From NCBI GenBank assembly GCA_025999155.1, contig AP026679.1, positions 400,699 to 464,698 of the forward strand: a stretch of 64,000 nt of DNA. The letters are read 5' to 3'. Positions within the stretch are counted from its first letter, which is position 1, and every line of letters starts with the position of its first letter. The notes below the pieces were generated by a model, which saw only the letters and a list, made by a program, of their open reading frames with translations, ran no database searches and was not told the DNA's origin. This document shows positions 38,879 through 49,056 of the stretch, one piece after another. The stretch comes from Candidatus Dojkabacteria bacterium. Its GTDB lineage: Bacteria > Patescibacteriota > Dojkabacteria > JAOAGR01. The position numbers and the translations under genes were made by a program.

Positions 38879-40732
38879 GTGGAAAATTTCGTATATGCTG
38901 AAGAACTAGAACTCAGTGTTGTAGAACATAGACTCATTACATTATTTGAATTAATGGAAAAACACGGAGTGAAGGTTTTTTATCCTGCACTAATCTTTAA
39001 TGAGACTTTCTGGCTACTTCCCATCCAAAAGCGCATAAACATAATCGAACACAATCAAAAAGAGTGGCTAGATGATTATCCGATACATGATGCATTGTTT
39101 TATTTCGATCCTTTTTACATCGATCTACTAAAGTCTATCCGACTAACATACTTTTCTTACACCCGGATCAGATTCGAACAACTTATTGAGATATTCAAAA
39201 TCAAAAATAAGTACACTATCAATTCTTTCGTAAGCTTCAGCGACTCCAATAATGCACAAAATATCCTAAATGAATTAACCCTAAGAAGCGAAGATTTCAA
39301 ATACTTACCATCACATTCGAAAACATTACTTGGAAAAATATTTGCAATAGATTTTTATGCCCATTACAGAAATAAGAAAAATTACAAATACCTTATTCTT
39401 ACATACAATTTTAGCTTTGATATATGGGAGAGTTTCTTTGAATCGCTTAACAAAATAGCTAGCTCAAAAGATGAAAATATCACAGAAAATGTTGAATTTC
39501 TAATAATTTTTCTATCAAAATTCGGCTATCAACAATTCCATAAAAATCTAGAAAATTACAAAGCCTTATCTAAAGCTATCGAAGCAGGTATTATCAATCA
39601 CGACTATCTGTCAATCGAAGATATTAGTCCAACAAAAAAATATGATTATATTATCTTCGATGAAATACTATCTATAGCGCCAACAGAAATACTCATCAAA
39701 TACGAACGCGAATATTATCATCGTTTTGGCCGTCTGGTATATACTGATAGACAAGACGAAAAAACAGCATTAGATAAAATAACAATAATTCAATCTCAAA
39801 TAACTTCGGAAATAGAACCACAACTAATAAATAATTTGTATTATGAACTTATTTGGCAAAGATATACAAATACTCAACTAACAGATTTCATAGAGAAATG
39901 TATAACGGTATTTGAAAGAGACATGTTTTCCCTCTCTATAATCGGACTACATCTCATAACGGTGATGATCAAACATCTCAAGCATGATGGAAAATTACAA
40001 ATCCTAGATTATTACAATGACAAACCAAAAAACTTACTCTACAACGACAAATACGGATTACTAAGATTTATTGTGAATAGTAACCATTACATAAGTATTC
40101 TATCATCATTTAGTGATATTCAAGCTAACTACCAATTAAAATCGATTGATGATCTATTAAAGGAAGAAGTACTCGAAAATAAAGAAAAAGTATTTTATTT
40201 AGGTGATTTGCTTCATTTCCTACTAGAAGATCATAAACTCTTCAAAGAATTTTTTGATGAAAAAAAATTCACTTTTTACGATAAAATCACTGCTATATCG
40301 AAAAAGTACAAACCTTATTACTTTTTACGTTCAAAGAAGATTTTAACATTTGGATTAGGTACTTTGCTTTACCATATAGGCTACAAAAAGTTTTATAGAG
40401 AATTCAAAACAACAGCTAAATTAGACTTATTGTCTAATGTACCAGAAGCAAAAATATATGAGTCTTATAGCAAAGAAATCATTGTAGATATGGTACCCGT
40501 ATGCATAACAAAATTTAAAGATAATGAAGATTTAATCATATCATTCGATAAGGATTCAAAAATCAACGAGCACATCAAAAAAATTCTACAAGAATCTTAC
40601 ATGAAGATAGACGAATTTTTCGATTTTCTAAATAAATATCAAGACAAAATACTAGAAACTATCAAACAAACTCAATCGCAGCCATATCGCAATTATAAAA
40701 TTCTCATCACTACCAATGTACAAACTCAGTAA
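38879..40732 (+). CDS. large hypothetical cytoplasmic protein (617 aa), GTG start, no recognisable domain
   Basis: The uninterrupted 1.85-kb ORF is K/N/I/Y/F-rich, with no TM segments and no NTP-binding or catalytic motifs I can recognise. Confidence 0.5.
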   Translation: MENFVYAEELELSVVEHRLITLFELMEKHGVKVFYPALIFNETFWLLPIQKRINIIEHNQKEWLDDYPIHDALFYFDPFYIDLLKSIRLTYFSYTRIRFEQLIEIFKIKNKYTINSFVSFSDSNNAQNILNELTLRSEDFKYLPSHSKTLLGKIFAIDFYAHYRNKKNYKYLILTYNFSFDIWESFFESLNKIASSKDENITENVEFLIIFLSKFGYQQFHKNLENYKALSKAIEAGIINHDYLSIEDISPTKKYDYIIFDEILSIAPTEILIKYEREYYHRFGRLVYTDRQDEKTALDKITIIQSQITSEIEPQLINNLYYELIWQRYTNTQLTDFIEKCITVFERDMFSLSIIGLHLITVMIKHLKHDGKLQILDYYNDKPKNLLYNDKYGLLRFIVNSNHYISILSSFSDIQANYQLKSIDDLLKEEVLENKEKVFYLGDLLHFLLEDHKLFKEFFDEKKFTFYDKITAISKKYKPYYFLRSKKILTFGLGTLLYHIGYKKFYREFKTTAKLDLLSNVPEAKIYESYSKEIIVDMVPVCITKFKDNEDLIISFDKDSKINEHIKKILQESYMKIDEFFDFLNKYQDKILETIKQTQSQPYRNYKILITTNVQTQ

Positions 40733-42522
40733 TAACTGATACCAGAAAATGGTCTGAGTGAAACCATAGAGATGAATAAGAAAACACAAACGCCGATTAA
40801 CACAGATGTGTACACAAAGACTAGATACCTCGAAATATTAGTTGTAATTTCTAACTGTTTTTTAACTGTAGCTGTGTCAACTAAATTAAACGAAGATGTA
40901 TATTGAGCAGAGACATTTATATCAGCATTTCGTTTCGTGATAGAAATATCACTCTCAAGCTTGATCGGATATCTTATTTTAGACTCTGGTGGTATCAGAA
41001 ATGATGAAATTTCGTCAAAATCAGACCGTAAAGAATCTATGTTAGTTGATATATCTATTTTTGATACTTGAATAATTTGAGATGTATGATTGTGGAATTC
41101 TAATGTCAAATTTTGGTTAAGACTTGAATACGAATCTATTTTTAATTCTAATTTTTTATCGATATCTAACGGTTTATAGACTTGAGTCAATGGTTTAACG
41201 ATAAAGTACGCTTCTTGTTTGAAAAAATCACTTATCTCGCTTTCATCATAATAATGACCAAATTTGATGTGATGATAATTATTATTATCAAAATATATTG
41301 TTCCACCTGAGGATAAATACCAGGCAGGATCAACAACTACCCATTTAGACCCGTCCCAAAATTCCGTCCACACGTGTTGATATGTAATAAAAGTATCTCT
41401 TTTTAAAGGCTGTATAGGAAAGACATAGCCAAAAACCCCCCTAGATTCGATGTCGAATTTCTCCAAAATATTACGATATATATAGTTTAGCTCCACAACA
41501 TTCACATCAAATTTATTTTCGGTGATACTATTAGTTGTAAATGAATTTACTTTGTAATCATTGATTTTAAATCTTTTTAAGACCTGTATATAGATATCTT
41601 TGGCTATATCATATGCTTTCTTATTTTCCTTGTTAATTGTTTTTGCAATCTCATCTAAATAAGTATAATGTCTGTATTTATAAGTATTTTGCTGATGATA
41701 GACATCTTCATCAGAATCGGTAGTTTTAATATAACCTTTTAAGGCAGTATCTTGTTTATTATTTATATAAATGAAATTATTTTCGAATTTGAGAGACTCA
41801 ATGTCTGATCGAAAATTTTCATAATAAACACTCTGATACTTAGTATGATAAGGCAAAAAGATTTTATCAATTTGACTGCCATCTTTTAGTTCAAACTCAT
41901 AATCTGCGTCTCGTCCAATAAGAAATACAATACTAGACTCTAAATTATTTTTTGAATAAAAGTGATAGACATCATATTCTCCATCAGACTCTACATCAGC
42001 ATTACCATATACATAGGCTACATCACCAATACTCTTAGGATATCTGACGGATATATCAAAAGTTATAGAAGGATCATTTTCAGAGAATGTCGGTATAAGA
42101 ATAGCCTTTTGTATGCCGTGATTGATCAATATATCTTTGATTCGAAATGATATTTGCCATTGAAACGTTTTGTTTTGACCAATGACAGGCTCTACAAATT
42201 CAACTACTAATTTATAAATACCAGTATTCGATGACTTATTTAATTGAACTACTTCGATACGTGTAGGAGATTTTGATACGTCAAGCCCCTCAGGTTCGAA
42301 AGGTAAAAGAAACTCGAATTTCTTTAAATAATTATTAGCTACCTGATTACTTGTTACAAATTCATATTTTACATTCGTTGATCCGTTCTCATTGATTTCA
42401 TAAATTGCTTTAATATCATGCTTGAAGTCTACAGCGAAAACCTTGTTATCCTGCAACAAAAAATATACAAAAAGAAATAAAAATAATCCTACAAGCTTGT
42501 ACAAAGAAGAGAAATCTCTCAT
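40726..42522 (-). CDS. secreted/C-terminally anchored protein with transglutaminase-like core (catalytic Cys not apparent)
   Basis: An N-terminal signal/TM helix and a C-terminal TM helix flank a central 'GVFGY...TYQHVWTEFWDGSKWVVVDPAWY' region. That region resembles the His/Asp half of the transglutaminase-like fold, but the usual G-x-C motif is absent. Confidence 0.35.
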   Translation of the reverse strand: MRDFSSLYKLVGLFLFLFVYFLLQDNKVFAVDFKHDIKAIYEINENGSTNVKYEFVTSNQVANNYLKKFEFLLPFEPEGLDVSKSPTRIEVVQLNKSSNTGIYKLVVEFVEPVIGQNKTFQWQISFRIKDILINHGIQKAILIPTFSENDPSITFDISVRYPKSIGDVAYVYGNADVESDGEYDVYHFYSKNNLESSIVFLIGRDADYEFELKDGSQIDKIFLPYHTKYQSVYYENFRSDIESLKFENNFIYINNKQDTALKGYIKTTDSDEDVYHQQNTYKYRHYTYLDEIAKTINKENKKAYDIAKDIYIQVLKRFKINDYKVNSFTTNSITENKFDVNVVELNYIYRNILEKFDIESRGVFGYVFPIQPLKRDTFITYQHVWTEFWDGSKWVVVDPAWYLSSGGTIYFDNNNYHHIKFGHYYDESEISDFFKQEAYFIVKPLTQVYKPLDIDKKLELKIDSYSSLNQNLTLEFHNHTSQIIQVSKIDISTNIDSLRSDFDEISSFLIPPESKIRYPIKLESDISITKRNADINVSAQYTSSFNLVDTATVKKQLEITTNISRYLVFVYTSVLIGVCVFLFISMVSLRPFSGISYY

Positions 42523-43412
42523 ATATACGCTATGAAAATACTTAAAATAACAACAATCGCAATATATTCTAACAAAATCTTGTATGAAAAAGTTCCCTCT
42601 AATTTATGATAAAAAACAGCTGATGCCAGGTAAAAATAAACTACATTTAAAACAGCATTATTATTAACTCCGAAAAAAGGAATCACCATCCCAAAAAAAC
42701 TAACAAATATTGCAAATAACATTGCTATAAACATATTTAGACTGGTAACAAGCCCTTTTTTATATAAATAAAATAACAAGTAAATAAAACTAATTAATGC
42801 ACAAACAAAAAATAGTACTTCTGTCGTAATAAGATTATTCGATTTATAGGATAGAAGAGTCAAATTAACAGTAAAATACGAAAACAATTTAAAAATATGC
42901 ATGACAGTCTCACTTCTGATATAAAATTTTTTATACTTTTTCTGCCTATCATAAACATAAGTAAATTCCAATGGTAAATAGTAAAAATAGAGTAAATGCA
43001 AAATAGATGTAGATATTATCATCACAACAGAAACAAATGGATCTCGATTTATAATCCAATAAAATATCAAAGAAAATAAAGTGAACATAGGATAGCATAA
43101 ATGATTAATTAATAAATCAGAGAGGATATGCTTATAAAAAGATGCAACGTGATTACTTATATATTTGTAAGTAAAATATCCTTCAAATATAAAAACAATT
43201 ACAAAAAAACCTGAAATAACCTGATAATATAACTCATAGAGAGTATAATCTATATTCGCTAATACACTTAATATGATGACAATTACGAGAGTATAAACAA
43301 TAGACCTGAGCAACAACGCTGTAGGTGAGATTTTATCAACGAACTGTTTAGCCCAAGCGGTTTTCAAGTTATTAAAATCGACTAAATGCATAAAAAAAGA
43401 GGGCGACTTCAT
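42519..43412 (-). CDS. hypothetical polytopic membrane protein (translationally coupled to downstream TGase-like gene)
   Basis: It has 8-9 TM helices and its stop overlaps the downstream gene start by 4 nt. Confidence 0.45.
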   Translation of the reverse strand: MKSPSFFMHLVDFNNLKTAWAKQFVDKISPTALLLRSIVYTLVIVIILSVLANIDYTLYELYYQVISGFFVIVFIFEGYFTYKYISNHVASFYKHILSDLLINHLCYPMFTLFSLIFYWIINRDPFVSVVMIISTSILHLLYFYYLPLEFTYVYDRQKKYKKFYIRSETVMHIFKLFSYFTVNLTLLSYKSNNLITTEVLFFVCALISFIYLLFYLYKKGLVTSLNMFIAMLFAIFVSFFGMVIPFFGVNNNAVLNVVYFYLASAVFYHKLEGTFSYKILLEYIAIVVILSIFIAYI

Positions 43413-43920
43413 ATTTCTTAATCAATTTAACATATCTGTAGATTTTATCTATTTTCTATATAAGTATAAAAGTTATCAGTATATTTAGTAGACACTGTGG
43501 AAATTTGTAAAACTGTATTTTAACTCTAATTCTTCAATAATTTGAATGTGTAAAAATCGTAGGATTTATTTTACTCTTTCGTCTGACTTATTACTAGTTT
43601 TACAAGATTTGATAATAAAATTTCCTTTGTATAATAATACGATACTGGGTCTTTTAATAGTAAAACTTTAATTACCTTTCTACATTTTGTTTTACTTGTA
43701 TACATGGTATTTATACGTTCTTATGCTGAATAGAATAAGAAGAACTCATCGTTAATTAATGTCATCTTTTTTACGTACTTTATACACACTCTATCCAAAC
43801 AAAAATTATTGTCTAATAGACTTCTCCACATAAGTGTGTAGTACAAAAATAAATAATTTTTTTTATAGGAAAAAATGGAAATTTATAAATGATAAGATTT
43901 GTGTTACCATAACATTAATT

Positions 43921-45066
43921 ATGCAACTCAATGTCACTAAAACTAACTTACAAAAAACATTATCTGCCGTAAGTAGGGCTGTAAGTTCTAAACCTACCAT
44001 TGATGTACTACGAAATATAGCTTTGGAAGCAAAAAAAGGGTCTTTGAGGGTAACTGCGACTGATTTAGAATTATCTATCAGTACCTATGTGGGTGTTGAC
44101 CTGATTGTACCAGGAGCTACAACTGTTCTAGCTAAGACATTTATTGAATTTGTATCGCTTCTACCAGAAGGAAATATTTCTCTGACTCTAGAAAATAACG
44201 AATTAAAAGTAGAAACTGACAAAATCAAATCTAAATTTGCTACTATTCCGTATGAGGAGTTCCCAGAATTGCCTCAAGTAAACGAAACCTGTGAATTAAT
44301 TTTCAAGGTTGAAAAGAATGTGTTCATTCAAGCTATCGATAAAACAACTTTTGCTGCTGATAGAAGTGGTATCAGTCAACCAGTATTTTCAGGTATATTA
44401 TTTGAGAAAAGTCACGGGAATATCAATTTAGTTTCGACAGATAGATATAGATTATCCAGATACTCATTACATTTGGATCAGCCGTCAAAATTCGAGACTT
44501 TACCGGTTATTCCATATATTGCACTAGAACATGTTGCAAGGTTGTGTGCTGACTCAGAAGATGATTATGTTGAAGCTTTTCTTATAAATAAAAACAATCA
44601 AGTACTATTCAAAAGTGGTCGTATTGAGATTACCACTAGTCTTATTGATGGTGAGTTTCCTAACTATCAGGCATTTATGCCCCAAAATACAGTATGCACT
44701 TATAAAATCCTTGTGAGAGACTTTGTAGACGCTGTGAAATTATCAAATGTTTTTGCGAAAACGGAAGATTCTATAAAAGTTGTAATAAAGAAAAATTTGA
44801 GTACAGATCACATCTTATTAAGTTCAAAAGTATCTGAAGTTGGCGAATATCAAAGTGAGTTAAAAGTTGAAATTATCAAGGAGGAAGAAAATATAGAGGT
44901 TAACTTCAGCCCGAAGAAAATTCTTGATGTTTTAGCTAGAGTGTCTACTGAGTATGTATATCTCGATATAGTAGTGCATCCTAGAACTGAACACAGAATG
45001 GCTATTTTCCGTGAAGAAGGTAATGATAACTTCTTACATCTACTTACGCCATTAGTAGGAGCATAA
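43921..45066 (+). CDS. dnaN: DNA polymerase III beta sliding clamp
   Basis: 'MQLNVTKTNLQKTLSAVSRAVSSKPTIDVLRNIALEA...' shows the three-domain clamp pattern. The start is placed at the ATG at 43921, giving 381 aa, rather than the longer ORF-track start. Confidence 0.85.
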   Translation: MQLNVTKTNLQKTLSAVSRAVSSKPTIDVLRNIALEAKKGSLRVTATDLELSISTYVGVDLIVPGATTVLAKTFIEFVSLLPEGNISLTLENNELKVETDKIKSKFATIPYEEFPELPQVNETCELIFKVEKNVFIQAIDKTTFAADRSGISQPVFSGILFEKSHGNINLVSTDRYRLSRYSLHLDQPSKFETLPVIPYIALEHVARLCADSEDDYVEAFLINKNNQVLFKSGRIEITTSLIDGEFPNYQAFMPQNTVCTYKILVRDFVDAVKLSNVFAKTEDSIKVVIKKNLSTDHILLSSKVSEVGEYQSELKVEIIKEEENIEVNFSPKKILDVLARVSTEYVYLDIVVHPRTEHRMAIFREEGNDNFLHLLTPLVGA

Positions 45067-45105
45067 TTGTAATCAGGATTAATTTAATCTTAAATAAACA
45101 GGTAT

Positions 45106-46605
45106 TTATTTTAAATTCCAGTACTTTTCTAGTGCTTTGAGTGCTACCTTCTCGTCGCTCCATTCTATGTCTTTTCCTCCAATATCTATCGTTTTTTCAT
45201 GACCTTTACCTAGTATTAATACAGTGTCATCTGCGTCTGCATTTTTAATAGCAAAATGTATAGCATTTATACGACAGTTTTCATTTGGTTCGTCAAAACG
45301 AACTATAAACTTTTGTTGAGTATTATCGTACTCTAAACCATCATAATAACTGTGTATTACAAAATCCACATCCTGATTTTTAAAGCCTTGAATAATTTGG
45401 TTATTAATTTCAAAAAGACTTTCTCTTCGAGAGTCGTCTGCTGTAATAAGGATATTATCCGCATAATTAAAAGCTATTTTACCCATAACAGGCCTTTTGG
45501 ACTTATCTCTTTCACCTGTACACCCGAATATAACCCATAATCTCCCTTTAGTTTTAACTGATTTTAAGACATTTTCCATTCCATTGGATGTATGGGCGAA
45601 GTCTATTATCACTTGCGGTTTTTGGTGAATTACTTGCATACGACCAGGGATATTTTTCAGATTTTTTATGCCTCTTGCACACGCTTCAGGATTAGAATCA
45701 TTAAATCCATAAAATATACTAAAAGCAGCAAGTGCATTAAATAAGTTATATTGACCTAAAAGCCTCACGGAAGTCTGATATTGCTTACAATCTTTACAAA
45801 CATTATTTACTGATTTTGCTGTAATTTGTTGAATATTACCTTTTTCTTGTACTTCAATAATGAAATTTTCGAGTTTTATTTTTTCGATATCTTCGATTCC
45901 GTACTCTAGAAGACGATAATTATTATATTTATATTTCCTGTCTAATATTTCCTTTAAAAAGGTATATGATTTATTATCGTTTTTATTTAAAGCTATGGCA
46001 CCACCTTCCTTCAGTAAGCCTATTAACTTTGATTTAGCTAATGCATAATTTTCCCAATTCCCATGATAGTCTAGATGTTCATTGGTGATGTTTGTGAATC
46101 CTATAGCATCAAATTGTATGTTATGTACTCTATACTGGTCTAGAGCATGGGAAGTACATTCCAAGATAAATAGATTTGCTCCTTTTTCTTCATATTCGAT
46201 TATTAGTTTACGAATTTCTGATGCTAAAGGAGTGGTACGATGAGTTTCCTTGTAAGTTTTTTCATATCCTTCTTTATCATGTAATAAAAGTGCTTTTATT
46301 GCTTTTAGATAATTTTTTTGTTTGAGATTGGATAAAAATGTTTTTATAGAATAAGCTAAGAATGAGCCTGACTTCATTTCAAAGTCAATATATTCATCCT
46401 GAAATTTAGCTCCAACTGTAGTTATCAGTAAAGGAGTGTAGCCATGTTCTTTGGCTATTTCATATAGGTAATGGCATGTTGTTGTTTTTCCATCAGTACC
46501 GGTGATGCCTAAGTAAGGTAAAGATTGATTGAGAGGGTATCTTTTTGAGGCCAGCCAACTATCTAAGTACCAATATATTTTTTTTAATTTTCGTAACAGA
46601 TTCAT
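45106..46605 (-). CDS. Mur ligase family protein (MurE-like central + C-terminal domains; short N-terminus)
   Basis: The P-loop 'GITGTDGKTTT' lies ~33 aa from the N-terminus, followed by 'IDFAHTSNGMENVL' (compare MurE 'VDYAHTPDALE'). The N-terminal UDP-binding domain of MurC/D/E/F is largely missing. Confidence 0.5.
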   Translation of the reverse strand: MNLLRKLKKIYWYLDSWLASKRYPLNQSLPYLGITGTDGKTTTCHYLYEIAKEHGYTPLLITTVGAKFQDEYIDFEMKSGSFLAYSIKTFLSNLKQKNYLKAIKALLLHDKEGYEKTYKETHRTTPLASEIRKLIIEYEEKGANLFILECTSHALDQYRVHNIQFDAIGFTNITNEHLDYHGNWENYALAKSKLIGLLKEGGAIALNKNDNKSYTFLKEILDRKYKYNNYRLLEYGIEDIEKIKLENFIIEVQEKGNIQQITAKSVNNVCKDCKQYQTSVRLLGQYNLFNALAAFSIFYGFNDSNPEACARGIKNLKNIPGRMQVIHQKPQVIIDFAHTSNGMENVLKSVKTKGRLWVIFGCTGERDKSKRPVMGKIAFNYADNILITADDSRRESLFEINNQIIQGFKNQDVDFVIHSYYDGLEYDNTQQKFIVRFDEPNENCRINAIHFAIKNADADDTVLILGKGHEKTIDIGGKDIEWSDEKVALKALEKYWNLK

Positions 46606-46610
46606 TTTTT

Positions 46611-47552
46611 TTATTTTAAACCTAATATTCTTTTTGCTTCTTCTTCCTGTTGTTTTTGGATCTCATCTAGTAATTTCAAGTTTCTTATGGTTTCGGCTTG
46701 TCTTATATCTTCTATTGTTATATCTGCTGGAATTACACCTTGTTTTTTAAGTTGATCTATAATTTCTGAATATTTTATATCATAATATCTATCTATTTTC
46801 TCTTGTAAAGCCTTAAAATCGTGTAAGGGAATATATATACCTTCCGCCCATCTCATAAACCAATTTTGTTTTTTAGGTGGGGGTTTATAAGGTAGGTGAG
46901 CCTCCATGATCATTTGGATATTTTTTCTGTCTTCTTGAGAGAATAAAATTTGAATTCTTTGGGGTGAAGCCAATATGGTCTCGACATACATCACTTCCTG
47001 ATTTTCTTTGTAGTAATATGCATACTCTAATAATTGTCCCCACGCGTATATCTCTATACTTTCTCCTTCACCTATTTCAATTCCTTGTTTAGTTAACCGA
47101 TAAACAGTATCTTTTGCAGGAACGGAAGCACTCACATATATGGCAAAGAAAAAAGCTAGTACTACAGCGATAAGCATGAATTGTTTTGCAAGTACTCCAA
47201 TAAAAATAATAAACATGATTATGAGCCCTACTGTCCAATACCATTGTTTATCACGTTTTATGCTAAGTCTTGATGGTGCTACCCACTGATAGTAAATATC
47301 CTCTGGCGGGGAAGGGTATAATTCAGGGAATATTAATGCTTTTTTTTCTTGAAAGGTTAGGTTACGATTCTTGATTTGTTTAATAATTGGATTAATGTCC
47401 TTTGGTTTAGGACTACCGGCCATTAAACTATTTGCTTTTTGAAGGCTTGTTCTGTATTGATCTGGATTAATCAATTGTGATTCTATTAGATTCTTAGAGT
47501 AATTATTTACTTCTTCTTCTAATTTCTTTAATTGCTCTTGATAATTTGTCAT
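46611..47552 (-). CDS. hypothetical membrane protein
   Basis: It has a coiled N-terminus, two central TM helices and no motif. Confidence 0.4.
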   Translation of the reverse strand: MTNYQEQLKKLEEEVNNYSKNLIESQLINPDQYRTSLQKANSLMAGSPKPKDINPIIKQIKNRNLTFQEKKALIFPELYPSPPEDIYYQWVAPSRLSIKRDKQWYWTVGLIIMFIIFIGVLAKQFMLIAVVLAFFFAIYVSASVPAKDTVYRLTKQGIEIGEGESIEIYAWGQLLEYAYYYKENQEVMYVETILASPQRIQILFSQEDRKNIQMIMEAHLPYKPPPKKQNWFMRWAEGIYIPLHDFKALQEKIDRYYDIKYSEIIDQLKKQGVIPADITIEDIRQAETIRNLKLLDEIQKQQEEEAKRILGLK

Positions 47553-47561
47553 GATTGATTG

Positions 47562-48968
47562 TTACAGATTAGTTGGGCGTGGTATACTACTATTTAACAT
47601 TTGTTCTAATTCTTCAGATTTGAATTTTAATTCAATTTTCCCACTTTTTTGAGCCAGATCTTTATAATACCCATCATATACGCCTCTAAGGTATTTATCT
47701 ATTATTTCATCAACAGTTTCCTGATTATGAGTTTTTATTCTTTGTGCTGTTGGATTGATATCGGCAAATACAGCGAAGTACGATCCTTTAGGTATTTTGT
47801 TTAATGCTGTAATTTGCGCTGGTATAAAAGTATCACTCCCTTTTGCTTCGAATAACTTTATACTATTTTCTGGTCTTGTTAAAAATTCTAAAAATTTGAC
47901 TGATTGTTCATAGTAAGGCAGATAAGATGGTATGACTAAGGACTGAGAAAGAGATAAGTTTCTGATAGTAGAAATTTGTGGAGGTATTGCTGTAGCAAAG
48001 TTTAGATTTGGATTAAGTCGTATTATTTCATCAATATCTTTACTATTTACTATGACAATTGAGGTTTTACCTTCTGCAAATGTTTTTATGTCATTACCTA
48101 AAGAATCATCCCAAATTTTTTGTGTAGTGAATTCTGTGTAAAATTTCAAAGCTTCTTCAAATTTACTATCAAGAGCATATTTCTTTGTTTTAGAGTCATA
48201 AAAACTAGCATTATTCTGCATAATTAATAGTTTTAATATGTCTTTCGCATTAGTAACATTTTTGGGTGATCCTATTGCTGCTCCCGATCGGATGATTTTC
48301 TCTATTTGTTTTTTGTCACTGTTTATAGTCTTTTCAGTCTTTGTTATTGATTTTGCTTTGATAGCTAATCCTGTCCAGTCTAGCTTATTAAAATCTTCCT
48401 CGGTAAAGTTTATTTCAGCTAGATGATCACGATTATATGCTATTACTAGACTATTAAATCGAAATGGGACACCATACACAAGAGTATTTAAAGTATTATT
48501 ATCAAGAATCGTTTTTGTGTACCGACTCAGAATAGTGTTAGAAGTAATAGGTAGCAATTGTGTGTATACTTCATCTATCCAGGATTCGTCAATTTCGACA
48601 ATGTCACCCATATTTGGGGATGACGAAGTGAGTCTTGTGATAATTCTATTTTTGTAGTCTGTATCAGATTGGACTTCAAGTTTAACCTTGATTAGAGGAT
48701 TCTCAGCTTCAAAATCTCTTATAATGTTTTCCATCACTTCCTGATTGATCGATCGAGTCCAGAATTTTATTGTCACTGGTGTTTCTACAACAGTTTGTTG
48801 CTTTGGTAAAAACACTAAAATTATGCCAATGATCAATGCTGTAATTATTAACCCTAATAATGTAAAAACTATAAACTTGTTTTGTATAATTAAATCTTTT
48901 AACAGCTGTCCCTTTCGACTTGTAGTAGAGGAATTATTTGGTATATTTTGATTTTGTGGTATCGGCAT
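47562..48968 (-). CDS. membrane-anchored extracellular solute-binding protein family 1-like
   Basis: An N-terminal TM anchor is followed by 'IKFWTRSINQEVMENIIRDFEAENPLIKVKLEVQSD...GDIVEIDESWIDE', the typical N-lobe pattern of sugar-type ABC substrate-binding proteins. Confidence 0.45.
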   Translation of the reverse strand: MPIPQNQNIPNNSSTTSRKGQLLKDLIIQNKFIVFTLLGLIITALIIGIILVFLPKQQTVVETPVTIKFWTRSINQEVMENIIRDFEAENPLIKVKLEVQSDTDYKNRIITRLTSSSPNMGDIVEIDESWIDEVYTQLLPITSNTILSRYTKTILDNNTLNTLVYGVPFRFNSLVIAYNRDHLAEINFTEEDFNKLDWTGLAIKAKSITKTEKTINSDKKQIEKIIRSGAAIGSPKNVTNAKDILKLLIMQNNASFYDSKTKKYALDSKFEEALKFYTEFTTQKIWDDSLGNDIKTFAEGKTSIVIVNSKDIDEIIRLNPNLNFATAIPPQISTIRNLSLSQSLVIPSYLPYYEQSVKFLEFLTRPENSIKLFEAKGSDTFIPAQITALNKIPKGSYFAVFADINPTAQRIKTHNQETVDEIIDKYLRGVYDGYYKDLAQKSGKIELKFKSEELEQMLNSSIPRPTNL

Positions 48969-49056
48969 ATTAAATTTTAGAATTACATACTTAGTGTGTA
49001 AATAAAAACCTAGTCATTTTATCAGAATTCGTATATTCTTTTTTATAGTATATAGA

